52,386 bases of DNA, filler included, from Barthelona sp. PAP020 (GCA_040182905.1; 2 parts of 2 records of this genome joined end to end with filler, not necessarily neighbours in it); one strand, 5' to 3'. Counted from the first letter of the whole stretch, positions 11,328-22,165 are shown. Notes: generated by a model from the letters alone, not told the origin. Translations and numbers: made by a program.

Positions 11328-13490
11328 ATGGCTTTTGAAATATCATTTGTGTCTGCAATATTATCGTTAATTGGTTGTTGTATGATTATGTTGAGTTATG
11401 GAATGATTTCTGATTTGAGAAATTTTTCAACATGGTTATTATTTAATTTATCGTTTATGGATTTTTTTGCAAGTGTTTCGATACTTATTCCTACAGATCA
11501 TGATGGAATGTGTATGTTGTCTGCAATTTTACAACAATTTTGTTATTTATGTAGTTTTTTTTGGGTATTAATGATGTCTATACATCAATATATGTTTTTT
11601 AAATTGAAAATTTCTGATCCAACTAGATATAAATGGATCTTTTTTATCATTGTACATTTAATTGGGTTTATTTTAACGTTAATACCTTTATTCAGTGATG
11701 CTTATGGTCATACAAGTTCACCTTGGTGTTGGATTCGACAAGATATGGGAAGTTTGAGATTATTGACCTATTATTTACCAAATATTTTAATAATTTTGTT
11801 TATGATTTATAATTTCTTTGCGATTAGAGGAGAATTAAAAAAGTCAAATCTTAGAGGATCACAATTGTCTCAAGCAAAGACTTTAAGTTGGTATGTTTTG
11901 TTATTTGTTATCATTCGAATTCCCAGCATAATTAATCGTTTTGCTGAGAACAATTTTTTCAGCCAATTTGTTGGAGAGAGCTTTTTAAATCTGACTGGAT
12001 TCTTTCAACAATTTTTAAGTCCTCTCTTGGGAGCTTGTAATTCTATATTGTTCTTTTCTCAAAAACGTGTTCGCATGGCTATTAAAAATAAGTTTAGTAA
12101 ACAAAAGAATTATCGCTTGGAACGAAGAAGACCTTTTGTTTCAAGGGCTACCCAATTTCGCATCATTCCCATTCCACAAGAATTAGGTATTGGTTCAACA
12201 ACTCCACATGTTAAAACTAAAATTCAAGTAATCACCTTCAATTCAGGCAATGTAGATTTTAATGAGCTTTCCTTTTTGGATGCAAATTCAGATATTATTG
12301 CTGTTGGATTACAAGAATGTCCAACCAATGTTCATGAATGTTTGGAGAGCTTTTTTGATGCTACATATGGGAATACTCACAGAAGAGTTGGTTCCAAAAA
12401 TATTGGTCAAATTGGACTACATATTTTGATGAAACTGGAATTGTTGCCTCACATTAATGAGATTGAAATGAACTCAGAAGTGACAGGAGCAGGTAATTTA
12501 TTGACGAATAAAGGTGCTGTGAGTGCTGTGCTTAAGATATACAACTCTTCTATCTTATTTGTGAACTGTCATTTGACAGCTAAACCAAACAAGGTCAATG
12601 AACGAAATAATAATATTTCGAGTATTTTTCAGCATATTGGAACCAAAACACGTATGATTGACCAAATGTATGACTTGACGTTTGTTTTTGGGGACTTGAA
12701 TTATCGAACCATCAACGCATTTCCTTTTGAACAAGCAGTAAATCTCATTAATGATGGTAATTATAGTGTGATTCAACATAATGATCAATTAAGAGGAGTT
12801 AAACAGGCAAATAAAGCATTGACCTTTTTTCATGAAGCACCAATTCATTTTAAACCCACTTACAAATTTGAACCGATTGCTTTAGGTCATGTTGCTGTTG
12901 ATAATCGACCATATTTCAATAAGAATAACCAATTACCATCATACACCGATAGAATATTGTATAGATCATGTACTTTGCCTGTGAAGATTGATGAATATCA
13001 GTCTTTACCAGAAGTTCAATTTTCTGATCATCAACCAGTGTTTTTGCGTTGTTCTACAGATATTCCTTTGAAATTGGTTACAAATACGACTCGTAGAGGC
13101 AGACTGATCCTTAACACTATTGAAATACCTGTTGTATTTTCTCAATTGAATTCTGCAGAAGTTTCTATTCAACTTGAGATTCCTGGTTTATCTGTGCAAG
13201 AAAGAACTTCTGTAAAGAATCCTGATCGAGCTTTGACATGGTTGAGGGATGATTTGAGAACATTGGATTTGGGTTTTGTTACTCCTCATTTCTTAGCCAC
13301 AAGAATGATTTTGGCCACTGTTCATGATTCAAGTATTGCAATTGGAATGGATGATATTGTTGGTAGAGCTGCTATTCCCTTGAAAGATTTTGTCAGCAGC
13401 ACAGAGAGTTGTAGTGTGACAGTACCGATTTCTTCCGGAAGTGTGATGAAAGGTAGTATAACATTTGTTGGTAAAGTTGAGTTTGATTGA
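11328..13490 (+). CDS. cAMP-receptor-like (cAR/GCR1-type) 7TM receptor fused to an inositol polyphosphate 5-phosphatase and a C-terminal C2-like domain
   Basis: Seven hydrophobic helices in aa 1-250 with LSFMDF (TM2), C at the start of TM3, YG...WCWI (ECL2) and G..NSI (TM7). 5-phosphatase motifs TFN, VGLQE, NKGAV, FVNCHL, FGDLNYR, PTYKF, PSYTDRILY and SDHQPV follow. All are in one uninterrupted frame. Confidence 0.9.
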   Translation: MAFEISFVSAILSLIGCCMIMLSYGMISDLRNFSTWLLFNLSFMDFFASVSILIPTDHDGMCMLSAILQQFCYLCSFFWVLMMSIHQYMFFKLKISDPTRYKWIFFIIVHLIGFILTLIPLFSDAYGHTSSPWCWIRQDMGSLRLLTYYLPNILIILFMIYNFFAIRGELKKSNLRGSQLSQAKTLSWYVLLFVIIRIPSIINRFAENNFFSQFVGESFLNLTGFFQQFLSPLLGACNSILFFSQKRVRMAIKNKFSKQKNYRLERRRPFVSRATQFRIIPIPQELGIGSTTPHVKTKIQVITFNSGNVDFNELSFLDANSDIIAVGLQECPTNVHECLESFFDATYGNTHRRVGSKNIGQIGLHILMKLELLPHINEIEMNSEVTGAGNLLTNKGAVSAVLKIYNSSILFVNCHLTAKPNKVNERNNNISSIFQHIGTKTRMIDQMYDLTFVFGDLNYRTINAFPFEQAVNLINDGNYSVIQHNDQLRGVKQANKALTFFHEAPIHFKPTYKFEPIALGHVAVDNRPYFNKNNQLPSYTDRILYRSCTLPVKIDEYQSLPEVQFSDHQPVFLRCSTDIPLKLVTNTTRRGRLILNTIEIPVVFSQLNSAEVSIQLEIPGLSVQERTSVKNPDRALTWLRDDLRTLDLGFVTPHFLATRMILATVHDSSIAIGMDDIVGRAAIPLKDFVSSTESCSVTVPISSGSVMKGSITFVGKVEFD

Positions 13491-13698
13491 TTGTTTTTTC
13501 ATTGTTGTTTTTTGTTTTTTGAGAGAATTTTTCGCTTTCTTGTGGAAAAGCTTTCCTTCTTTGTCTCTTTTGGGCAAATATATAATTCTGTTTCAAAGGA
13601 AAAAGATACTTTTGGTTTTAATCAATTTCTCCTTGGTCATAAAAATAAAAAATAAAATAACTTTACACCTAGTACAGAGATACAAACTATAGTCAATC

Positions 13699-14973
13699 CT
13701 AATTATTATTATTTGCTTCTTGTTGCTTTTCATATTCATATTGTAACAGTTGCTTGAAGTCTTCATCATTGGTGATACTGATAATATCGAGTGAAACAGC
13801 AGCATGTTTGTCCAAAAGTAATTGAGACAATTCACTTGCTTCTTTTTCAACGGCTACCATCAACGGAGTTTTACCATCACTGAAAGGAATGTTGACATCA
13901 AGACCATCAACTTTCAAAATGAGATCTAAAAGATCAGTTTCTTCTTTTTTCATCGCTACATGTAATATTCTAGCATTATCTTTCTTTCTAATTATAGTAT
14001 TGATTGGGAAATTGTTGGTAAACAAGAAATCAACCCTGTCAACATCCAATTCTTCATTTTCAAAAATACTTGCAAAATTTGAGTAATCTCCGTTATCTAA
14101 GAATTTCCAATCATTGGAAACAAGTTTTTTACAAATTTCAAGAGGGAAATTTTGACTAGCAAGCATCAAAAGTTCACTAGAACATAAATCTTGACTGGGA
14201 AATTCTAAAGACTCAATTTCCAACAATTTTTCAACAAATTCAACATGTCCATTTATCATCGCCAACTCAAAAGCTGTTTGATTCTCAGAACTTGGTTTGT
14301 TAACATCAACCTCATGTTCAATAAGGTATTCTAAGGCTTCAACAGATCCACCAATTGCAGCGGCTGTGACAGGGTTAAAATTACCTTTCTTTCCATTAAA
14401 AGACAAGGCAATGGGCAAAGGTCCCTCAACATCCAAATTCATACGATCTTCAATGGATGTGATCAATTCTATGTTGCCCAAATTAAATAAACACACAATT
14501 ATATAGGGTGTAACATCGGGAATCCCCTTTAATATCTTTTCAACAGTAGAAGTATGCTTTTCAGCCAAGGCAATATCAAAAGCACTTATCCTTTTACCTT
14601 CATATTCTAAAGGTACAGTGAAACTCATATCATTTTTCAAAAGATATTCAACAACATTAGCATGTCCATTTTTAGCTGCTAAAAAAGGGAAGTTGCCACT
14701 AGCAACAGTTTCATCACTGATACCAACACCTTTTTCCAATAACATTTCAAAAATGTTTAAATATCCATTCATACATGCAAAATGTGTAGGGGTACCAATA
14801 TTCTCCCTTTGATCAAAAAAATTGACATTTTTTAATCGTAAAACTTTTTTTAAAAGACTTATATCATTATTTTCAACTGCTTCCCATAAAGTTTCCGTGG
14901 GATTTTCAAAAGGATCACTGATAAAAAATAATTTTCCACTATCTTTTCTCGCAACACATTCACTTAACTCCAT
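13699..14973 (-). CDS. Ankyrin repeat protein
   Basis: Multiple ANK motifs (GTPTHFACMNGY, FPFLAAKNGHANVVEYLL, TAFELAMINGHVEFVEKLL, GKTPLMVAVE). Confidence 0.88.
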   Translation of the reverse strand: MELSECVARKDSGKLFFISDPFENPTETLWEAVENNDISLLKKVLRLKNVNFFDQRENIGTPTHFACMNGYLNIFEMLLEKGVGISDETVASGNFPFLAAKNGHANVVEYLLKNDMSFTVPLEYEGKRISAFDIALAEKHTSTVEKILKGIPDVTPYIIVCLFNLGNIELITSIEDRMNLDVEGPLPIALSFNGKKGNFNPVTAAAIGGSVEALEYLIEHEVDVNKPSSENQTAFELAMINGHVEFVEKLLEIESLEFPSQDLCSSELLMLASQNFPLEICKKLVSNDWKFLDNGDYSNFASIFENEELDVDRVDFLFTNNFPINTIIRKKDNARILHVAMKKEETDLLDLILKVDGLDVNIPFSDGKTPLMVAVEKEASELSQLLLDKHAAVSLDIISITNDEDFKQLLQYEYEKQQEANNNN

Positions 14974-15187
14974 TCTTGATGAACTGAAAAAAAAAAAATT
15001 TCATTTTTCTTTCAATCTTAAAAATGTTTGTTTTGTTCTTAATTTCTTTTAAAATCTATGAATTTTTAAAATATCATTGTGTTTGATTACTTTTTTTACC
15101 AAAAAGAACAACAAAAACAAACAAACATAATTTACACAATTCAATTTAATGGAAGTAATAATAAACAAATAATAATAAAATCATTGA

Positions 15188-17638
15188 TTATTGATTAAAA
15201 CAACAAGAACCAGTTGTATTTTCTAATTCTTCAACCAATGACATGTTTTGATAACGTAAAGAGATTAATTCATCATTCAATTTTCGAATTTGCAAAGGAG
15301 TCAAGCCATCAACTTGAACTTTACGACCAAATAATGATAATGAAATTCCATTTCTCAAATCCAATATTTCATCGGATTCCACACCCAAATTATCAAAATT
15401 TAACGTGTAATTGAAATTAACTTGATCATTTATACCTTTCAAAATGTCTGTTTCATATGTTGAATCTCCCAACTTAAGTACTAATTGATTATCCTTGGAT
15501 AAAGCCTTTGAAAGGTCATAACAACTGCCAAAACGAATTTTGAGATCTATATCATCATCACGTTCTTTCTTTACAGAAGCAAAAACTTCTAAAGATGCAG
15601 TTTTAGAACCACTAGCAGTAACAGCATCCTCTGAAAGAACAATGGGAATCACTAATCTTTGTTCATCCTCATCAAACTCAGTGTAATCAATTTGCATTGT
15701 TGAAACACCCATCAATTGAAGCAGATTCGTGGATATGGGAGAATCATCAATATCAATATGCAAATTTGCATCTGCAAGGACATTGGTTACAGAATCACCC
15801 ATCCAGCCTACACTGGCTGCAAATTCATCAAGTGATTGAACTAAAAAAGTACCATTTTCATGTAGAATTTTGATTCTTGCGCCTTGAGATTGTATCTCGA
15901 TGGCAAACTCCACCTTCCAATCAAGTGTCATTTTGTAGGAGTTAGCTTGTTCAATCAGTTTCACAGCATTTGCTAATGCATCCATAAAAGCATCAAACTT
16001 GGCATCCCGAACCCCCAAACCAGAAGCTTCTTGCTGAGCATTGCTGTAAGAATCATCATTGAGCATCAGTTCTTGATCAGGAATAGCGAAAACAAAGAAA
16101 ACACCAACACCAAGACATATACGATCACCATGAACAATAGTAACATCACCTTCTTCATATAATACACCATTAATACGGATAGGACCTGTGATGGAAAGGG
16201 TAGCATCAACTTCAGTTGCAACAATTGAAAAAGCTTGTTCAGGCACATCTGTTCCCTTAACAATTTCATTACAAAGCGTTTCATTGGATCCAATAACAAT
16301 ACTGTCCCCAATTTCTAACCCAATTATCAATTTTCCCTGTAAAATTGGATCTGGATTCAAATTTAGGAAATGAGGAATATCAATTCTCTTTACCGATTGA
16401 GCCTCTAACCAATCTTGAAATTGTTGCTCACGATCAGCTTGAGCATTTTGAAGTTGTTCTAGCAATCTTTGATTGTCCAAAAGCATTCCTGTCTGACCAG
16501 AGATACTTCCATCGGGCAAATCACCGTCTTCCAATAATTTCTTTAGCCTTTCATTTTCAGCTCGCAATTCAGCTATAATTCGGTCAGTTTCAGACATATT
16601 AACAACGGCGTTTAATCTCAATTTCTTGGCTTCATTGGCATATCGTAGAGTACTGATAGTTTCATCATAATTATTGCTGGCAGGTGAAATGGCAGCAACC
16701 ATCAACGTCTTGGAATTACCACTCAAAGCGTTTTGCAACAATCTTGTTAACACTGAGTCTCTAAACCGCACATAAGACTGTTTATTGGATGGAAGGGTTG
16801 AATTCTTTGCTAAAGTTTGAATAACGACTCCTAAAGTGGTCAAAGATTGGTTGATATGACAAGCCTCTTTTAAACGTGCTCCTTCTGCTTTAGTTTTTGA
16901 TAACCGCTCAGATCCAGCAAGATCAACAATATTCAAAGCCGCAGAACGTGTTACATTCTCTTCAGTGATACTATTTAGAACTTCTAGGGTAAAAACACTG
17001 TGAGAACGACTAGAAGTTGCATTCATTGCAGTAGCAGCAGTAATACGTGCTTCTAGACCTTTTTTAATCAATTTATCAACGTCATCCCAAGATGAAACAG
17101 GCATGCTTAAAGCATTTGTGACAAATATACGACCATCTTTTCCTTCCCTTACTTTATAGTCTAAATCTGCAGTGGGGTTCAGTAAATCTCTAATACTCTC
17201 ATTATATATCTCAATATATGATACAGAAAGTTTGACATTGTTCGTTTCCATGTTTTCTTCAACCTTTTCAAAAACACCTTGAACAACACGAGGTAATAAT
17301 CCAATTTCATCAGGGGAATCAACTCCAGATAAGGTGTAAGTTTTTCCTGAACCAGTTTGTCCATAAGCAAATATGCAATTGTTAAAACCTTCCCAAATAT
17401 TCTCAACAACGGGAACGCCAATCTTTTCATAGACCTTCTTTTGGTCAATAAAAAATGAACTTTTGGGATCAAAAGAGTTTAAACAATAATCAAATGCATA
17501 TTTTCTTTCTGCAGTCTCAGAATTTTCATCTTTTACAATAATATTTCCTCCATCCATATTAACAACACTGTAATCATTTAGTCCCTTTTCTCGTGAATTT
17601 AAAGGACGAACTCGAACTGCTACAGAAACTGAAGACAT
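15188..17638 (-). CDS. Kinesin-3 family motor (KIF1/KIF13/KIF28-like) with FHA-like domain and C-terminal CaaX-like end
   Basis: VAVRVRP, P-loop AYGQTGSGKT, switch motifs NATSSRSH and DLAGSER, INQSL, FRDSVLT.LL, ETISTLRYA. Kinesin-3 features are PHFLNLNPDP and FHA-like HGDRICLG. The protein ends SCCFNQ. Confidence 0.9.
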   Translation of the reverse strand: MSSVSVAVRVRPLNSREKGLNDYSVVNMDGGNIIVKDENSETAERKYAFDYCLNSFDPKSSFFIDQKKVYEKIGVPVVENIWEGFNNCIFAYGQTGSGKTYTLSGVDSPDEIGLLPRVVQGVFEKVEENMETNNVKLSVSYIEIYNESIRDLLNPTADLDYKVREGKDGRIFVTNALSMPVSSWDDVDKLIKKGLEARITAATAMNATSSRSHSVFTLEVLNSITEENVTRSAALNIVDLAGSERLSKTKAEGARLKEACHINQSLTTLGVVIQTLAKNSTLPSNKQSYVRFRDSVLTRLLQNALSGNSKTLMVAAISPASNNYDETISTLRYANEAKKLRLNAVVNMSETDRIIAELRAENERLKKLLEDGDLPDGSISGQTGMLLDNQRLLEQLQNAQADREQQFQDWLEAQSVKRIDIPHFLNLNPDPILQGKLIIGLEIGDSIVIGSNETLCNEIVKGTDVPEQAFSIVATEVDATLSITGPIRINGVLYEEGDVTIVHGDRICLGVGVFFVFAIPDQELMLNDDSYSNAQQEASGLGVRDAKFDAFMDALANAVKLIEQANSYKMTLDWKVEFAIEIQSQGARIKILHENGTFLVQSLDEFAASVGWMGDSVTNVLADANLHIDIDDSPISTNLLQLMGVSTMQIDYTEFDEDEQRLVIPIVLSEDAVTASGSKTASLEVFASVKKERDDDIDLKIRFGSCYDLSKALSKDNQLVLKLGDSTYETDILKGINDQVNFNYTLNFDNLGVESDEILDLRNGISLSLFGRKVQVDGLTPLQIRKLNDELISLRYQNMSLVEELENTTGSCCFNQ

Positions 17639-17925
17639 GAGCTGTATGTATATAAAAGTTGAAAGTGTTTTTTTTTTTAATTCTCTTTATTTGTTGATTT
17701 TTGTTTTTAAATTGTTTCAATTGCAAAATTATACAATGTAAAAAGTTATTTAAATATTTTTACAGTAAATATTTTACAATGATTCATGAACCTTTAAGAA
17801 ATTCATTAAATAGTCAAAAATCCTTCAATAAATGATATTTATCTTGATTTTTTTGATTTTTATTGAAATAAAGAAAGAAAATGTTTTGGGCGGATTGAAG
17901 AAAATTGGTCTCTTTCCTTTTTTCA

Positions 17926-18723
17926 ATGAATCTTGAACAAGTTTGTCAACAAAATAAGGATTTATTAAGCTTGTTGGAGGGAATATTGGTGAATAGATCG
18001 ATATCTTCTCCTGATAATATGGAAATGGAAAAAGATAATGAGATTGTTTCTGGTTGGGTTTCCCCACAGAGTGAAATTTCAATTAATTCTTTATATGAAA
18101 GTGATGATGAAGAAGAAGAAGAAAATGAAGAAGAAAATATTGAGTCTTCTCGATTAACCTATCTTTCAACTGATGATAATGTTTCTTCATCCATTATGAG
18201 CACTACACATGAAAGCGAACCTTTTTCTTCATATATGTCTTCATATACTTCTTTTTCAGATGATGGTACAAATCAAAATGGACTCGAAAATTATGATGAT
18301 TATTCTAGTGCTACATCGAATGTCGATTCTTCTGAAATTTATTTGTCGCCATCTTCAGTTTGGACTTCACCTGAGAGTGAAGTATCTAGTGCTTATTCAG
18401 CATCTTCATCACTTCCAGGCTTTATCAAAACAACTACACCTAGAAAGAAACATAAGACTGATCCTTTGAAGAAATATCATACTTATAAAATGGAATGGGA
18501 ATATGATGGTTTTTTGAATGGTCGTTCCGAAAAACAAGCCAGAAGTCGTGCAAGGAATCATATGATTGCTATTCAAAGAGAGCACGAGTATTTGGAGGAA
18601 TGTCGAAGGATTGAAAAGAGTAGGAAAATTCTGAAACCAAATACATACGTTGTGGCAACATCAAAAAGACGTGATAAGCTTCGTTGGGCAACAAGAGTCA
18701 TGATGAATCAACCCGCCGAATGA
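17926..18723 (+). CDS. HYLS1: HYLS1-like centriole/basal body protein (probable start at ATG 17926)
   Basis: C-terminal KTDPLKKYHTYKMEW...PNTYVVATSKRRDKLRWATR matches the HYLS1 box pattern (K.DPV..Y..YK..W...Y.VPT.K.R..LRW..R). The N-terminus is S/E-rich and probably disordered. Confidence 0.75.
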   Translation: MNLEQVCQQNKDLLSLLEGILVNRSISSPDNMEMEKDNEIVSGWVSPQSEISINSLYESDDEEEEENEEENIESSRLTYLSTDDNVSSSIMSTTHESEPFSSYMSSYTSFSDDGTNQNGLENYDDYSSATSNVDSSEIYLSPSSVWTSPESEVSSAYSASSSLPGFIKTTTPRKKHKTDPLKKYHTYKMEWEYDGFLNGRSEKQARSRARNHMIAIQREHEYLEECRRIEKSRKILKPNTYVVATSKRRDKLRWATRVMMNQPAE

Positions 18724-18973
18724 CTGCTGAATGTCTTTCATTTAATTTTTAAATATTTATTTTCTTTTATTGATTCAAATCGTCGTTAGTCTATGTAAAA
18801 ACTTTTATGTCCAAATTATTGAGAGTAGTCGTGTTCATTCCAAATAATAAATGTATTTCTATTTTTTTTTCTTATATTTATATTTCTTCGTTTGAGTTGG
18901 AATTCAGATGAAAAGATACCTGGTATAAAAGAAAAGAAAAAAATGAATTTCCTTTTCCTTTTCCATTCATCAA

Positions 18974-21900
18974 ATGATTACTACTCTCACAGACCTAGTC
19001 GAAAATCTGCATAATTTTGCGTATGGAGAAGGTGATTTGGATGCGATACACAAATATTTATTGCAAATTGTTGGAACAGCAGAAAATGCGCATATTCTTT
19101 TTGATATATTAATTAATGACCAATGGGATGAAAAAGTTCGACAATTATCAGGTTTATTGTTAAGAAAGAATTTGATTTCACAATGGATAAAGTTATCCGC
19201 TGAAGTACACGAGAACATTAAGTCATCTCTTTTGGAAATTATTGCCGAGGAAGAATCATACCTAATTCAACAAACTGTAGCTGGTTTGGTTAGTACCATT
19301 GCATCTTTTGAATTGTTGAACGACAATTGGGATGAACTTTTACCTTTTATTTTTGAACCATTTGGATCTGTTGAAGAAGATGACCCAGCCAGAAGAGCTA
19401 TTTCTATAAAAATTCTTACCACACTCTTGGATAATACCTCCAATATATTGAGGGAAAGTTTTAAAGAAATTTTAGAATGTTTTATGGTATGTTTAGGGGA
19501 TGAAGAATATGCCGAGATACGCTTAGAGGCTGTTAATGGGCTTGATACTTTATTTGTTTTTTGTGATGAATTGGACAAACAAAAAGAGTTTTTGGTACTT
19601 TTTGAACGTTTAGCTGAAACATTTGAGTTTGCTGTTGATAATAAATCGGATGCTTTGATTCAAAAGACTTTTTATGTGTTGGAGAACATCCTTAGTGAGG
19701 AAAATGACATCTCTAACAAATACTTCAGACCAATTATCATAAAAATGCTTGAATATTTATATGATGAAACTATTAGTGAAATGGAGAGGACCAGATGTCT
19801 TGCTTTCATTTCTTTCTTTTTGGAGCAAAAAGTCAATATCTTCATTACTCGTGAGGGACCTATGGTTGAACAAATTCATGCTTTAGTCAAAATTGCAATG
19901 TTGTCTATTTTGTCTGATGAATCCATTGTTTTAGATGAAGATGGAGGCAGTTCTGCCACAGTTGCCGAAGCTGCCGCGAGATTATACGGGCATATTGTTG
20001 CATTACTTCCTGAAGAAATAATTTATCCTTTGGCAAAAGAAGTTTTAAATGAAGTAAATGAAGAATACTCCGAAGAAGAAGAATATCATCATGCCTTACA
20101 TAGAATGCAGGCTTTTTGTATGGGAATGTTAGCACAAGGTTGCAGTAGTTTAGTCAAAGAGGATATTTCAAGTTTTCTTGATGTTATTTTACCCGCTTTA
20201 TTGGATGATGGTTTGTTCAAAATTGCTTTCAATGCTCTTATTGATATGTGCGATAATTTAGCCCCAGAAATTTATGATTTTGTTGGCATTATTTTAACAT
20301 CTATTGATAATTTATTAACTTCTGTGGATGTTGCTCGTCAGAAGCTCAGTTGGAAGATTGTCATTTCGTTGACGAATGGAATTTATTTGTCAACGTTTCA
20401 GCCTTACGTTGACAGTTTGTTAAATAGGATTGAATATATCTTTCAGAATGAAGAAAATGATTTGGAATTGTTGGCTATTGTTGTTTCTGCTTGCACAGGA
20501 ATTATTGAAACATTGGGCAAATCTGCTGGTCCCAAATTAATGACTTCTGGAATAATGCAATATTTGTTCAAATATTTAGAATTGACAGAAGCGGATTATT
20601 TGGTTCTGAGGGCCCGTGCCACTGAAGCTTTCGGTATGATAATTTTGAGTGTAGATGAAAGTCTTGCTTTGGAACTCCTTGCAGATTCAAATCTGTTGAG
20701 CACAATTGGAAATAATTTTGCTGAAGATGATTCTTTACTGCTTGAATTAACTTTTGGTTTTTTCGCACAAATTAGTCAGATATTAAGTGTTGAAGAAGTC
20801 GTAAAAATTGCTGTACCTGAGACTAGTGATACAGATTATGGTGTATTACAAGCTGTAATGCTTTCTTTAGAGACAAGTGAATTTGGCCATCATGAACTGT
20901 CAGAGAAGACTGAAATTGAAAAACTTTTGGTTGAAGATGACACTGATATGCATATGAATTCTTTTAGAAAGGTACGTACTTCTTTATTAGATCAAAAACT
21001 TTCAGCATTAAACTACATTTCCACACTCATAAACAAATTGAGTGATGATCTTCAGGGACTTCTTGGTTCTACAATCGTTGGACAAATTTATAAAAAGCTT
21101 TTAGATGTTATTGATCCAAATAGGTCTCATCCTATTATTCAAGGACAAGGTTATATCTGTTTAGCGCAATTGGCAACCTACATTCAAGAGGATGACGTTG
21201 ATTTGCCAGATCAAATAATTTACCTCACGTGGCAAATGATGTTGGATGTTATTTTACAAAGTTCTGTACGTGGTGTAGTTGCTTCTGCATGTGATGGTCT
21301 TGCTATTCTTTTGGAAAATCCTAATGCAGATGTTTTGGCAGATGAAGAGTATGGATTATTTGGTTCGTTATTAGAAGCTTTAGAAGCATTGTTACAAGGT
21401 GAATTACCTTGTTTTGATGATTGCAGAGATGCAGAAGAACTCACAGTTTATCGAGATTCTGTTTTATCTGAGTATACCACAAAAGTTGTTTGTGCTTTTA
21501 TTGATGCCGTTGATTTTGAAGAATTTGCTGATGATTTTTTCCCTTGGATTGCCGCATTCTTAGACGCGGATAGACCTATTGATGATAAGTTGCATGGGTT
21601 GGTTATGCTTACTGATATGGTGGAAAAATGCGCAGATTTTGCAATTACCAATCAAAGCGATATTTTTGACCTGGCAAAACGTTGTTTATCTGTCAATAAT
21701 GGTGATGTGGTCTCAAATTCTTGCTTTTTATTTGGACAATTAGCTGTAAGCAGTGGAGAGGATTTTGATGAAAAAATTGGTGAAAATGCTGTTAATCTTT
21801 TGAAAGATATTTTGGAGAAGGAAGAAGTAGCTTTTAGATTAGCTGTTGAAAATGCAATGTCTTCAATTTTAAAAATTTACACTATTTTTGATAAAAATAT

Positions 21901-22165
21901 TTCAGAGTTTGCTCAACATTTGATAGCAGTGTTACCAATTCAAGCCGATTTGGATGAAGCCTTACCTCTCTATTCTGGTTTGGCTTCTTTAATATTAGAA
22001 GAAAATGACATCATCATTGAGAATAAAGAAAAAGTGATGGAAATTCTTGTTGACTTGTTTGATGAAAATTCTTTACTAAGTCAAAAACCTGAAGTTAAAA
22101 GTTTGTTGGAAGAAATATTTACGGAAAAAAAAGATTGGTTAACAGACATAGGTATTTCTTTTTAA
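18974..22165 (+). CDS. Importin-beta family karyopherin (importin-4/Kap123-like)
   Basis: IBN_N-like N-terminus (VRQLSGLLLRKNL..QW.KL....ENIKSSLL), acidic alpha-helical HEAT repeats, LRARATEAFG and LPIQADLDEA motifs, about 1060 aa. Confidence 0.8.
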   Translation: MITTLTDLVENLHNFAYGEGDLDAIHKYLLQIVGTAENAHILFDILINDQWDEKVRQLSGLLLRKNLISQWIKLSAEVHENIKSSLLEIIAEEESYLIQQTVAGLVSTIASFELLNDNWDELLPFIFEPFGSVEEDDPARRAISIKILTTLLDNTSNILRESFKEILECFMVCLGDEEYAEIRLEAVNGLDTLFVFCDELDKQKEFLVLFERLAETFEFAVDNKSDALIQKTFYVLENILSEENDISNKYFRPIIIKMLEYLYDETISEMERTRCLAFISFFLEQKVNIFITREGPMVEQIHALVKIAMLSILSDESIVLDEDGGSSATVAEAAARLYGHIVALLPEEIIYPLAKEVLNEVNEEYSEEEEYHHALHRMQAFCMGMLAQGCSSLVKEDISSFLDVILPALLDDGLFKIAFNALIDMCDNLAPEIYDFVGIILTSIDNLLTSVDVARQKLSWKIVISLTNGIYLSTFQPYVDSLLNRIEYIFQNEENDLELLAIVVSACTGIIETLGKSAGPKLMTSGIMQYLFKYLELTEADYLVLRARATEAFGMIILSVDESLALELLADSNLLSTIGNNFAEDDSLLLELTFGFFAQISQILSVEEVVKIAVPETSDTDYGVLQAVMLSLETSEFGHHELSEKTEIEKLLVEDDTDMHMNSFRKVRTSLLDQKLSALNYISTLINKLSDDLQGLLGSTIVGQIYKKLLDVIDPNRSHPIIQGQGYICLAQLATYIQEDDVDLPDQIIYLTWQMMLDVILQSSVRGVVASACDGLAILLENPNADVLADEEYGLFGSLLEALEALLQGELPCFDDCRDAEELTVYRDSVLSEYTTKVVCAFIDAVDFEEFADDFFPWIAAFLDADRPIDDKLHGLVMLTDMVEKCADFAITNQSDIFDLAKRCLSVNNGDVVSNSCFLFGQLAVSSGEDFDEKIGENAVNLLKDILEKEEVAFRLAVENAMSSILKIYTIFDKNISEFAQHLIAVLPIQADLDEALPLYSGLASLILEENDIIIENKEKVMEILVDLFDENSLLSQKPEVKSLLEEIFTEKKDWLTDIGISF

